Of a stretch of DNA of 64,000 bases, positions 36,994-46,131 are shown one piece after another; position 1 is the stretch's first letter, and every line of letters begins with the position of its first letter. The DNA comes from a bacterium (GTDB taxonomy: Bacteria; Armatimonadota; Zipacnadia; Zipacnadales; UBA11051), in assembly GCA_030604405.1 (NCBI GenBank), contig JAUVVY010000024.1:301-64300 (forward strand). Direction: 5' to 3'. The translations under genes and the position numbers were made by a program. The notes below the pieces were generated by a model. The model saw only the letters and a list, made by a program, of their open reading frames with translations, did no database searches and had not been told where the DNA came from.

Positions 36994-37812
36994 TCACTCC
37001 TTACGGAAATTGAGGCAGTAGTGGTGCATGGTGTTGGAGACCCAGGCCCAACGCATGCCATACGGACTCAGGCGCAGGTCGTCCTGGCACCAGATCTTCT
37101 CATCCTTCAGAGTAAGAAATTCAGACATCCGCCCCGCCAGGTCCCAGGCCAGCGGGTAGATCGTGCCGCCCTTTTTGATATTCTTGACGATGACCGTCAT
37201 ATAGGCCTGTTCTCTAAGCAGTTCGGCAACCTTACGATAGATATGGCTGAGGGTGTCGAGAAAGTGGCGGTAATCCTCGATGTTGCCAAGGTCGGCCTCA
37301 TCGTCGGAATAATGCACATCCAGGCTATCGTCCTCACGGCGCTCTTGCTGGGTGTCAAAGCCCTTGCGGTGCAGCATGTCCCAGTAGGGCGGAGAGGTGA
37401 TGCAATAATCTATCTCAGGAAAGTCGAGGTCGGCGATGTTGGCCGCGTTGGCGGCTTCCAGGCGATACTCAGGCGGGTCGTCCAGTTTCTCGTGTAGCTC
37501 TTGCAGGCGCTCGCGGGCGATGTCGGCGTATTTATCCTGCAGCTCGACGCCGTATGCGCGCCGGCCGCTCTGCAGGGCCGCAATCAAGGCGCTGCCGGTG
37601 CCGGCCATCGGGTCGAGTACGGCCTGGCCCTGCTTGGTAAAGAAGGTAATGAACTCGGCGATGAGCTTTTCAGGGAACTTTGCCGGGTGCAAGAGCACGT
37701 CGGAGTCGCGCCGCGCCGGTCTGTGGATGAACCACGATTTCTGGAACTTGATCCACTCTTTGGAGTATAGGTCATTGAGCCGGTTGTGCTTCAGTGGCTT
37801 GCCCCGGTTCAA
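36994..37812 (-). CDS. Orphan DNA amino-methyltransferase (SPPY, probably N4-cytosine)
   Basis: HPAKFP, DPMAGTGS (motif I) and TSPPYW (motif IV). TTG start at 37812 with GGAGG RBS. Confidence 0.85.
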   Translation of the reverse strand: MNRGKPLKHNRLNDLYSKEWIKFQKSWFIHRPARRDSDVLLHPAKFPEKLIAEFITFFTKQGQAVLDPMAGTGSALIAALQSGRRAYGVELQDKYADIARERLQELHEKLDDPPEYRLEAANAANIADLDFPEIDYCITSPPYWDMLHRKGFDTQQERREDDSLDVHYSDDEADLGNIEDYRHFLDTLSHIYRKVAELLREQAYMTVIVKNIKKGGTIYPLAWDLAGRMSEFLTLKDEKIWCQDDLRLSPYGMRWAWVSNTMHHYCLNFRKE

Positions 37813-37913
37813 GGCATCAGCCTCCAGATGACAGCAACTTGCTTTACCGGCTGCTATTTCAACAGCCGCGCCGCCGTATCCTGCGCGAGTAAATGAAAGT
37901 GCAAGCGTGTGCT

Positions 37914-38738
37914 TCAGGCCGACGCCGTCATCGCGAGCACGATGGGCAGGCTCTTGTACAGCAGCAGCAGACCGGCAGCACAAAGCACCACGTAGGTCAC
38001 CTTGCGGAACGTCGCCTCGGGCAGGCGGTGGTGGAAGTGATCGCCGATAAAGACGGCCAGGATGATGAAGGGAATGGTCAATCCCGCCAGCGGCCACACC
38101 TCGGCTGGAATCTGCTCGTTCAGCAGCCAGCCGGTGACCATTACCAGGTTCAGCGTAAGCCACAGCAGGCCGAGCGTCACGCGGAACAGGCCCTTTGTCC
38201 TGAGTGCTCTGGCTGCGTAGATCACGATCAGAGGGCCGCCTGTTGTGAAGATGCCGTGGATGATTCCGCCGGCTATCAGGACCACACGCAGGTACAGGCG
38301 CATGAGCGGCCGCTCAGTGCCGCTTTCCTCTGGTGCCTGTCTATCGCTCTTGATGATGCTTGTGAGCGCAATGATGACGACAAAAGCGCCCAGGATGAAC
38401 CTGAGTACGACCTCCGGCGCGTAGCTGGCAGCGAAAAAGCCAATCGGCAAACCGAGGGCCGCATAGACGAGGATAGTGAGATACTCGCCCCACACAATGT
38501 CTTTGTGCCCGACCCATACTATGCCCACACAGCAGACGATGTTCCCTAACGCCAGCACGGGAACCAGGGTGTGGATAGGTAAGCTGGGCGTCACAACCGC
38601 CAGGATTGGCAGAGCCACGACCGTTCCCCCAAAGCCCATAATGCTTTCGAGGAACCTGCCTGCAAAGATGACGGATACCACGATTGCAACTACATGAACT
38701 TCAGGCAAGATAAAAGTGTCCCTTCGTGGTTCAGGCAT
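37914..38738 (-). CDS. Sulfite exporter TauE/SafE family membrane protein
   Basis: GFGG, GLPIG and TGGP repeats; about eight TM helices. Confidence 0.85.
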   Translation of the reverse strand: MPEPRRDTFILPEVHVVAIVVSVIFAGRFLESIMGFGGTVVALPILAVVTPSLPIHTLVPVLALGNIVCCVGIVWVGHKDIVWGEYLTILVYAALGLPIGFFAASYAPEVVLRFILGAFVVIIALTSIIKSDRQAPEESGTERPLMRLYLRVVLIAGGIIHGIFTTGGPLIVIYAARALRTKGLFRVTLGLLWLTLNLVMVTGWLLNEQIPAEVWPLAGLTIPFIILAVFIGDHFHHRLPEATFRKVTYVVLCAAGLLLLYKSLPIVLAMTASA

Positions 38739-38775
38739 ACTGAAATGCCGGCCCGCAGGCCGACACCTAAAGTGA

Positions 38776-38805
38776 ACTATAATTCTGCAATACAGCGAAA
38801 GTCAA
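38776..38805 (-). promoter_or_regulatory. Possible sigma70 promoter of the TauE gene
   Basis: Minus strand TTGACT-N18-TATAGT. Confidence 0.4.
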
Positions 38806-38826
38806 GTGAGCCGCTGCCGGCAACCG

Positions 38827-39768
38827 CTATTGCAGGAAGCCGCCGCTGGGAAAGACGTTGCGGCTGAAGCATAGTTCCATGACGCGAACATATTTGCGTA
38901 GGCGGGCCAGGACCAAGTCTGCCTTGCCCAGTGGCAGTGCCACCGGTAGTGCGAGCGCGGTGAGTACGCCGCGTAACAGGACGCCAACGATTGTCGTCAG
39001 GCGGGTGGCCCACAGTGCGAGCGGGCCTTGATGGCGATGGACGAAGAGGAACACCGAGCGGTGGGCTTCCAGGATTGCCGGCAGGGCCACCTGCGCTGCG
39101 CTTGCCCCGCCGATGTGGATGATGTGGCGCGGCCCGTAATAGTACGTCTTGCCGCCCACGCGCTTGACCTGAGCGCACAGGTCGGCGTCTTCGGCGTAGA
39201 AGAAATAGTCTTCACACCAGCCTCCGACGTTCTCAAAATACTCGCGGCAGATCATCAGACAAGCGCCTGCGACGTAGTCCACTGGCTGGGGCCGCTGGTC
39301 CTCAAGAGATGTAAGGCCCAGGCGGCCGAGGCAGCAATAGCCGAGCAAAGTATTGAGCGGGCCGGGGAACGTGCGAGCGCTGTATTGCAGGCTGCCATCA
39401 GGATTGAGCAGGCGTGGGCCGACGATGGCGGCGTCGGGCGTGTCATCCAGGAAGTCCGAAAGAGCCGTGATAACGCCAGGCAGCACCACCGTATCGGCGT
39501 TGAGAAAAAGCAGATGGCGCCCCGTAGCGATCTTTGCTCCGCGGTTGTTCGCTCCAGCGAACCCGATGTTGCGGTCTAAAGCCACCAGTGTCGCCTGCGG
39601 GAACTGTCTGGTCGCCATCGCGACGCTGTCATCGGCCGAAGCATTGTCAACAATGATGATCTGCCACTGCTCGCGGTCCGGGTCGTCGTACAGCGACCGC
39701 AGGCAGTCGGCAAGCAACTCTTGCGTGTTGTAGTTTAGAATGACAATGGACAGCCGCGCATCAGCCAT
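38827..39768 (-). CDS. Glycosyltransferase family 2 (WbbL/rhamnosyltransferase-like)
   Basis: SIVILNYN, VDNASADD, NIGFAGANN, LNADT and FFYAEDADLC motifs. Confidence 0.92.
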   Translation of the reverse strand: MADARLSIVILNYNTQELLADCLRSLYDDPDREQWQIIIVDNASADDSVAMATRQFPQATLVALDRNIGFAGANNRGAKIATGRHLLFLNADTVVLPGVITALSDFLDDTPDAAIVGPRLLNPDGSLQYSARTFPGPLNTLLGYCCLGRLGLTSLEDQRPQPVDYVAGACLMICREYFENVGGWCEDYFFYAEDADLCAQVKRVGGKTYYYGPRHIIHIGGASAAQVALPAILEAHRSVFLFVHRHQGPLALWATRLTTIVGVLLRGVLTALALPVALPLGKADLVLARLRKYVRVMELCFSRNVFPSGGFLQ

Positions 39769-39772
39769 GGAT

Positions 39773-40564
39773 TCAGCCGCCGATACGTCTTGTCAGTAGT
39801 TTGGCCGAGTCGGCGTCCAGGTACATGATTGTCGCCGCATGGGTGCGCAGAGCCGTAGCCGGGCACTGATTGGTTATGGGCCCCTCCAGAGCGGCCTTGA
39901 CCGCTTCGGCCTTCGGCGCGGCGGGGACAATGCAGAAGATCTGCCGCGCGGCGCAGATGGCCGGTATGGTCATGGTGATGGCATTGCGCGGCACGTCATC
40001 AAGGCTGGCATAACGCGCTGCGGGATCCGGGTGGTCCTTGTAGTCGCGATACTGCTGCTGAACGGACTTCTCATCGAGCGTGATCAGCTCAGTCTGTCTA
40101 TCACTAAAGAAGTCCGCGCCGGGCTCGTTGAAGGCAATATGCCCATTTTCGCCGATACCAATGCAGGCGATGTCAATGCCACCGTGCTCTTTCAGCAGTT
40201 CATCGTAAGCCGCCGCTTTTTGCTGCGGGTTGCCTTCCATATCGGCCATGAAGTAGATTGTGCCCGGCTTCACGGTATCAAAGATGTGGATGTTGAGATA
40301 GCCCTCGAATGAGTTCTTGTGGCCGCGGGGCAGGTCAATGTACTCGTCAAGGTGGAAGGCGATAACCTTGTCCCAGGGCAGGTCGGGAGTGTCAACGAGT
40401 GCAGCCAGAAAGTCGTCCTGTGATGGCGCAGCGGCAAAACACATGGTAATGTCGTCTTTCCTGGCAGCAACGGCCTTCATCGCCTCGGCAATGTCACCGG
40501 CCGCTGCCGCACCCATCTCAGCACGAGTGTCAAGCATCTTCACTACAGTTGAAATACGTTTCAT
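39773..40564 (-). CDS. Glucosamine-6-phosphate deaminase-like protein
   Basis: AAAPSQ, HLDEY, GIGENGHIAFNEP and CPATALRTH motifs. Confidence 0.85.
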   Translation of the reverse strand: MKRISTVVKMLDTRAEMGAAAAGDIAEAMKAVAARKDDITMCFAAAPSQDDFLAALVDTPDLPWDKVIAFHLDEYIDLPRGHKNSFEGYLNIHIFDTVKPGTIYFMADMEGNPQQKAAAYDELLKEHGGIDIACIGIGENGHIAFNEPGADFFSDRQTELITLDEKSVQQQYRDYKDHPDPAARYASLDDVPRNAITMTIPAICAARQIFCIVPAAPKAEAVKAALEGPITNQCPATALRTHAATIMYLDADSAKLLTRRIGG

Positions 40565-40624
40565 ATCCTCACGTTCCCGCATGTATTAGAATACGCACGT
40601 CCGTTAGCGCCACATTGCTCAATG

Positions 40625-40736
40625 GTAACTACTCACCTTGCCCCCTTTGATTCCCCCTTCCCTAGCAGCGGGTACCCGCGCCGAAGGCGTGGGTGAGGGC
40701 TAGGGGGTTAGGCCAAGCCACAACGTGAGTACTTAC
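40625..40736. mobile_element. MITE/REP-like element with GTAACTACTCA ends, copy 3 (carries an extra hairpin)
   Basis: GTAACTACTCACC...ACCCGCGCCGAAGGCGTGGGT...AGGCCAAGCCACAACGTGAGTACTTAC. Confidence 0.7.
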
Positions 40737-40812
40737 CTTAATTTTGAGGCATCAGCCAAGGGTTGGGTTCACAGGAGTGAAGAATTAAGTATGGTGTCCC
40801 CAAAATTCCAGA

Positions 40813-42192
40813 CTACGCTCGCCTCTGCTGCGTTTCGCCGATGGCCTCCTCCAGCACTTCGAGCCCTTCACAGATGGCGTCCTGCGGTATCATCAACGGT
40901 GGCGCGATCTTCACCGTCGCTCCCATATAGCCGACCGGGCTGAACATCAGCAGCCCCTTCTCCATGCAAATCCGAACGATGTCGAAGGCCAAATCCGGGT
41001 CCGGCTCAATCCCACCAGCTTGTACCATATGTACGCCTGCCACCAGGCCCTTGCCGTGCACCGCACCAATGACGTCCGAGTACTTCTCCATTAGCGCATT
41101 CAGGCCTTGCTGCAAGATAGTGCCCATCGCGGCCGCATTCTCCGCCAGATTCTCCTTCTCGATCAGTTCGATGCTGGCCAGGGCCGCGGCCACACAGATG
41201 GGATTGCCCGTGTGCGTGCTGGTCATCGAACCGGCTGCATACTGATCCATCAGGTCCTCGCGTCCCACCACAGCGGAGATCGGAAGGCTGCTGGAAATAC
41301 CCTTGCCGAAGCAGGCAAGATCGGGCACGATGCCATAGTGCTCGAACCCGAAATCCTTCCCACAGCGCCCGAAGGCCGCCTGGACCTCGTCCATAATCAG
41401 CACAACGTCGTGCTGCTCACACCACTCGGCCAACGCCTGGATGTACTTGGGCGGTGCGAAACTTGCGCCGCCGCCCTGGTACGTCTCGGTCATAACCCCG
41501 GAGATGTTCTCCGGGCCCATGCCCTGCTCCGCAATGCTGTTCAAGAACAGGTCAAAACTCGTATCAGGGCAGCGGAACCCGTCGGGGAAGGGCACCTGAA
41601 TAAATGTGGGATCGAGCTTCACAATCCAGGCTTTCAGGCTGGGAATGCCACCGGCGGTCTGCGCGCCCAGTGTCCGGCCGTGGAAGGCATGCTCGAAGCT
41701 GACTATCCCGATCTTCTCATCGCCCCCAACGGCGCGCCCGTGGGTGCGAGCCAATTTGATGGCGCATTCGGTGGCCTCCGAGCCCGTAGTGAGCAAGAAA
41801 GCCTTGGCCAACTTCTTCGGGGTAATCTCCACCAGCTTCCGGGCTAACGCGGCCCGAATTGCGCTGGGGAAGCAGTAGTTGTGCAGCAGGCCATGCTGCG
41901 CCTGCCGCTGAATTGCTTCAACGATCGCTGTGCGGCCGTGGCCCGCGTTCGTCACCAACACCCCACTGCTCCAGTCCAGCCATTTATTACCGTAGGCATC
42001 ATAAACGCAGCAGCCTGCGGCTCGATCCCAGATGACTGGCGGCTGGCCGCTCATTGACAGCGGCTCGTAATCATGAAGGTCCTGAAGAACGTCCAGCGAT
42101 TCCGGCACCGGTATCCGGGTGACAATCTCCCGATACCTGGTGCTGACAAGTGCCACGTCCTTGGGTGTCAGATCATAGCTGCGTCCGGCCAT
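40813..42192 (-). CDS. Class III PLP-dependent aminotransferase (GabT-like)
   Basis: TGSEATE, FHGRT, DEVQAAFGRCG, FGKG and THTGNP motifs. Confidence 0.92.
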   Translation of the reverse strand: MAGRSYDLTPKDVALVSTRYREIVTRIPVPESLDVLQDLHDYEPLSMSGQPPVIWDRAAGCCVYDAYGNKWLDWSSGVLVTNAGHGRTAIVEAIQRQAQHGLLHNYCFPSAIRAALARKLVEITPKKLAKAFLLTTGSEATECAIKLARTHGRAVGGDEKIGIVSFEHAFHGRTLGAQTAGGIPSLKAWIVKLDPTFIQVPFPDGFRCPDTSFDLFLNSIAEQGMGPENISGVMTETYQGGGASFAPPKYIQALAEWCEQHDVVLIMDEVQAAFGRCGKDFGFEHYGIVPDLACFGKGISSSLPISAVVGREDLMDQYAAGSMTSTHTGNPICVAAALASIELIEKENLAENAAAMGTILQQGLNALMEKYSDVIGAVHGKGLVAGVHMVQAGGIEPDPDLAFDIVRICMEKGLLMFSPVGYMGATVKIAPPLMIPQDAICEGLEVLEEAIGETQQRRA

Positions 42193-42637
42193 ATCTCTCT
42201 CTTCTGCCTCTTCTCTAGTTGGATGCACAGATACCAACGAAAATAGTGTTAGCGCCGAGCCCACGGCAGTGCCAACTGCCAAAGTGGGGCCGGCTGAGAT
42301 GCAATTCCTTGTGACATGCGCGAATTCCTTCACACCGCTAATTCGCCATTTGAGCGCAGATGCCTTTGTTGCTTGCCAGTGCGAACCAATGAATCGAGCG
42401 TCCGGGGCTCAACTGGCAGCTTTGCAGGCATTCCGCTGCCACACGGGACACGCCCGCAACTGGCGGCCCGGTATTTCTCACACAAGCTTGCAGTTGTTGT
42501 GTCATTCTTTGCCCGATGCGCGAATTCCTCCCGCGCACAAGCGCTCTTGTCCTCGACCCGCGCCACATATATAATTCACACGCCATAGCCAGGATGACCG
42601 AACGACGCGCCCAAGCAGCACCGGAGGTCAAAGTCGA

Positions 42638-44344
42638 ATGTGCGAGGCGACAGACAACGCCGGCAGCAAAACTGCCGGGCTGACACAGCCGGGCCGCAAA
42701 GTCAAGATCGTCATAGGGCTGCTTATCGTATTGTGCTCGCTGTTCTTGAGCGCTGCGGGAAAGCAGAACCTGGACGTGGGTGCTATTGACGAAACAGCGT
42801 ACCTGTCGCTGGCTTGTGAGATTGCTGATGAGACGACCTTCTGGGGATTTCCCGCCTACTACCTATCGGGAGAATTCGACGACCGGTATCGAGGGCCGAT
42901 ATATCTGTGGCTGCTCTCCACCTTCTGTCACCGCGACTACGAGGTGGCTGGCTCCGTCAGGGTGCTGAATGTCGTGATAGGCGCGGCCGGGGCCCTGCTC
43001 TGTTACGTCCTGGTGTCGCTGCTTGCCGGTTGGACGGTGGGCGCCATCGCCGGCTTCCTCGTGGCATTCAGTACGGATGTCACCGTCTATAACGGCATCG
43101 CAGCCGCAGAGCCGCTGGTGATATTGATTTGCCTGCCCACCTGGTATTTCTACCTGCGAGGCTTTGAGGGCCGCCACAGGTATTGGATCTGGGCGCTAGC
43201 ACTCACTGGCGTCTGCTACTACACTAAAGCACAGGCAGCTTTTCTTGTGCCGGCGTTCTTGCTGGCCGGCGTAATAAGCTACAAGTGGCAGTTTTTCAGG
43301 ATGCGGAGCTTGTGGATCGGCCTGGCGGCGTTCTTCATAGTCATGCTGCCGGCCTTCATACGAAACGTAAATGCGTTCGGCACTCCGCTTTACTCGATAC
43401 CCTCGCAGGAACTGTGGCTGGACAAGCTGGATCAACACCACGAGCCCGGGTGGGAGCAGAAATACGGCCTCGTGCAGTACTTCCAGACACACTCGATCGC
43501 CGAGTTCGTCGAACGCACCGGCGACGGCTTTTCGCAACAGATAGGGGTCATTTCAGCCGGCATACTCGCCCCCAGCAGGATTTCCGGCGTCGTCGGCATA
43601 GTATCCACTATCATCGGCGCTGTGGCCTTCTTGGCTTTTCTACTCGGGCTGGCGGCTGATAGCGATCGCAAGCGATTTACCTTCCACCTGATATTGCTTG
43701 CAATGTTCGTGGCCGTTTTCAGTCAGAGGACAGGCATTGGCTGCTACGCACGCTTCTACTATCCGATCATTGGCATGTTCGTTCTATATGCGGGAAGCGG
43801 CTTCGTGCTTGGCTATCAAGCATTGAACGGCGCTCTTCCCCGCACAAGTATGCGCTGGCTGGCATTCTTCTGCATTTTCGTGTTGGCATTTTACGGTCTG
43901 CTCACGGCCCGCAAAGGTGTGACGGAGGCAGGTCTGGCGGTATGGAGGGTGCCCTCGCTGGAGAATACTGCAACAGAGCATGCGATGCGATACATCGAAA
44001 GCAACCTACCCGAGGGGCAAACCGTATATATGGCCCCCAGCGCAGTCATGGGGTCGGTAGAATGGCTGCTTGACGGCAAGTACGCTGTTAAGTGGGTACC
44101 TTATCTGCAGGATTGGGAGGCAGCCAGAGGCGAGCTGCTCGAGACGCCGGGCGGGTACTTGCTAGTGGACGAAGCGACAATGCAGCGCCGCGACGCGGTG
44201 CTTGGCGGCTTCATTGATGTCGCCGCAGACGGCAGCCTGGAATTGGCCGTGGACAACGTGCCCGACATACTGAAGCCGGTCTGGCAGTACGGCGAGCCGG
44301 CCGAGGTCATCATCCTGCAGATCGTCCCGCCTGAGGGTGATTAG
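42638..44344 (+). CDS. GT-C fold membrane glycosyltransferase (ArnT/PMT-like)
   Basis: N-terminal TM helix followed by IDETAY, many TM helices, RNVNAFGTP and a soluble C-terminal domain. Confidence 0.78.
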   Translation: MCEATDNAGSKTAGLTQPGRKVKIVIGLLIVLCSLFLSAAGKQNLDVGAIDETAYLSLACEIADETTFWGFPAYYLSGEFDDRYRGPIYLWLLSTFCHRDYEVAGSVRVLNVVIGAAGALLCYVLVSLLAGWTVGAIAGFLVAFSTDVTVYNGIAAAEPLVILICLPTWYFYLRGFEGRHRYWIWALALTGVCYYTKAQAAFLVPAFLLAGVISYKWQFFRMRSLWIGLAAFFIVMLPAFIRNVNAFGTPLYSIPSQELWLDKLDQHHEPGWEQKYGLVQYFQTHSIAEFVERTGDGFSQQIGVISAGILAPSRISGVVGIVSTIIGAVAFLAFLLGLAADSDRKRFTFHLILLAMFVAVFSQRTGIGCYARFYYPIIGMFVLYAGSGFVLGYQALNGALPRTSMRWLAFFCIFVLAFYGLLTARKGVTEAGLAVWRVPSLENTATEHAMRYIESNLPEGQTVYMAPSAVMGSVEWLLDGKYAVKWVPYLQDWEAARGELLETPGGYLLVDEATMQRRDAVLGGFIDVAADGSLELAVDNVPDILKPVWQYGEPAEVIILQIVPPEGD

Positions 44345-44360
44345 GCCCGCATCATTCACC

Positions 44361-44576
44361 AACGCCTGGCTCGGCCTGCCCTGCCTGTCCGCCATAGCCT
44401 CGGCGAAGGCGGGAGCTTGTCGAAGGGCCGGTGAGAACGCGGGGCACCCACGCGTACCCACTGCGAAGCAGTGGGTGTGGCGTGGGTCAGTTCTCAGCTT
44501 CCACAAAACGCGTGGCTCGGCCTGACCTGCGCCAAGCGCAGGTCAGGTGAGAACGCGATAGCGTTCTCAGCTTCCA
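44361..44576. repeat. Two copies of a scaffold with different nested hairpins
   Basis: TGGCTCGGCCT[..]GGTGAGAACGC[..]GTTCTCAGCTTCCA at 44361-44503 and 44507-44576. Confidence 0.85.
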
Positions 44577-44596
44577 GCCCGGGGTCGTTGGGGTGA

Positions 44597-45685
44597 TCAC
44601 AGTCCGGCAAACAGCGCGGCCGCCTGTTTCAGTTGTTCTGGAATATTGATGCCGGCCGGGCATTTCTCCATGCACTTTTCGCACTCGACGCACGCCTCCG
44701 GCTTGACCTCCACTGACTCCCAGACCTCGCTTGCCAGGTAGTGGAGCTTTTCGTCGTAGCCGCGTTTCATATCCGCGGCCTTGAACACCGCCGGAATATC
44801 AATGCCCACCGTGCAGGGCTGGCAGTACCCGCAGCGCAGGCAGACCTGCCCGTAGCGGAACTCAGTACTCAGTTGGCCGATTAGCCGCAGCAACTCCTCA
44901 TGCTCCTGCCCCGACAGCGGCGCGAAGTTCTCGGCCACAGCCACGTTCTCTTCCACTTCGGCAACTGCCTGCATGCCCGGGATGACTACATCCACGTGTG
45001 GGTTCTGCATGACGGACCTGAGCGTTCCGGCGATGACAGCATCCGGCCCACCCAGGCCGGCAATGCGGCTGTTCTTGGGCTGAGTGAGCTGGCCGCCGGA
45101 CAGCGGCTTCATAATAATGACGCCCATATTGGCCTCTTTGGCCAGGGGAAGAATCTCGCCGGCCACATCCTCCGCGTCCATCGGGTTGTAGCAGACCATG
45201 ATCGTCTCGAACAGACCCGATGCGATGGTTTCTTTCATCACCTGCTTATCGCGGTGAATGGTAACCCCGATATGGCCTATCTTGCCTTCTTCCCTGGCTT
45301 TCAACGCCGCCTCATAGGCTCCGCCGGGGGCCCTGACCGCCTCCCATGTGTCGGCATTACTTACAGTGTGCAACTGGTAGATGTCAATGTAGTCGGTCTG
45401 CAGATTGCGCAGGCTGATGCCCAGTTGCTCCTCCACCGTTCTGGCGTCACGGGCCGAGGTCTTAGTAGCAATATAGAATTCGTCGCGGCGCTTGTGGAGG
45501 GCCTTGCCGATCTTCTCCTCGCTGTCGCGGTAGTTGCGGGCGGTGTCAATGAAATTGACGCCCAGGTCCAGCGCCAGGTTGAGACATTCGGCGGCTTCCT
45601 GCTCGCTGATATTGGGCAGCTTGATACCGCCGTAGCCGAGCATGGTCACTTCCAGGCCGGTCTTGCCGAGGTGGCGTTTGTCCAT
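44597..45685 (-). CDS. Aldo/keto reductase with C-terminal 4Fe-4S dicluster domain
   Basis: LGKTGL, FIDTARNY, YQLH, MKPLSGG, CLRCGYCQPC and CVECEKCMEKCP motifs. Confidence 0.93.
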   Translation of the reverse strand: MDKRHLGKTGLEVTMLGYGGIKLPNISEQEAAECLNLALDLGVNFIDTARNYRDSEEKIGKALHKRRDEFYIATKTSARDARTVEEQLGISLRNLQTDYIDIYQLHTVSNADTWEAVRAPGGAYEAALKAREEGKIGHIGVTIHRDKQVMKETIASGLFETIMVCYNPMDAEDVAGEILPLAKEANMGVIIMKPLSGGQLTQPKNSRIAGLGGPDAVIAGTLRSVMQNPHVDVVIPGMQAVAEVEENVAVAENFAPLSGQEHEELLRLIGQLSTEFRYGQVCLRCGYCQPCTVGIDIPAVFKAADMKRGYDEKLHYLASEVWESVEVKPEACVECEKCMEKCPAGINIPEQLKQAAALFAGL

Positions 45686-45764
45686 GAGAAGATGCACTCC
45701 CTGAGTCAGTAGTGCTATACATTACTCACATATTGAAGCAAATGACGCTCCTCCACACCCTTAT

Positions 45765-45991
45765 CGCGTGGCACAGGCTTTCCAGCCTGTGATCTATTGC
45801 GTTTTGCAGGCGTGGCTTGGGCATCCCAAAAAATCCGCGTAGCTCAGGCATCCCAAAAAATCCGCGTAGCTCAGGTATCCCAAAAAATTCGCGTGGCTCG
45901 GGCATCCTGCCCGAGTCCGTTGCCGTTGCCTTCCGGAGGGGCCGTGCCGAGCGAACGGTTGCGCCGTTGCAACCGTTCGGGAGACCGGCCC
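45765..45991. repeat. GTGG-REP, four 27-bp tandem units and a GGAGGGGCCG scaffold
   Basis: REP at 45765-45791; units start at 45809, 45836, 45863 and 45890; scaffold at 45935-45991. Confidence 0.88.
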
Positions 45992-46067
45992 ACGGCTTCG
46001 CGCATGGACTGGGGCACGTCTCCGGCCCGCTGGCAGGGAAGCCCGAGGCATTTTCAGCAAAACGGGT

Positions 46068-46096
46068 TTGTGAACACCTGCCCTCTAGATTATAAT
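46068..46096 (+). promoter_or_regulatory. Sigma70-type promoter of the gspG-like gene
   Basis: TTGTGA-N17-TATAAT. Confidence 0.55.
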
Positions 46097-46131
46097 TGAA
46101 TTCGAAGCCTACAGAAAGGGTCGCAGCCAAA

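Noticed and set aside
37813..38163. N-terminal extension of the DNA methyltransferase (389-aa ORF call)
   Set aside because: It overlaps the TauE gene; a GGAGG-preceded TTG at 37812 gives a better start. The same reasoning applies to the extended starts of proA, proB, the DUF262 gene and the aminotransferase.
45809..45915. CRISPR array
   Set aside because: The 27-bp units are contiguous with no unique spacers, and there are no cas genes.
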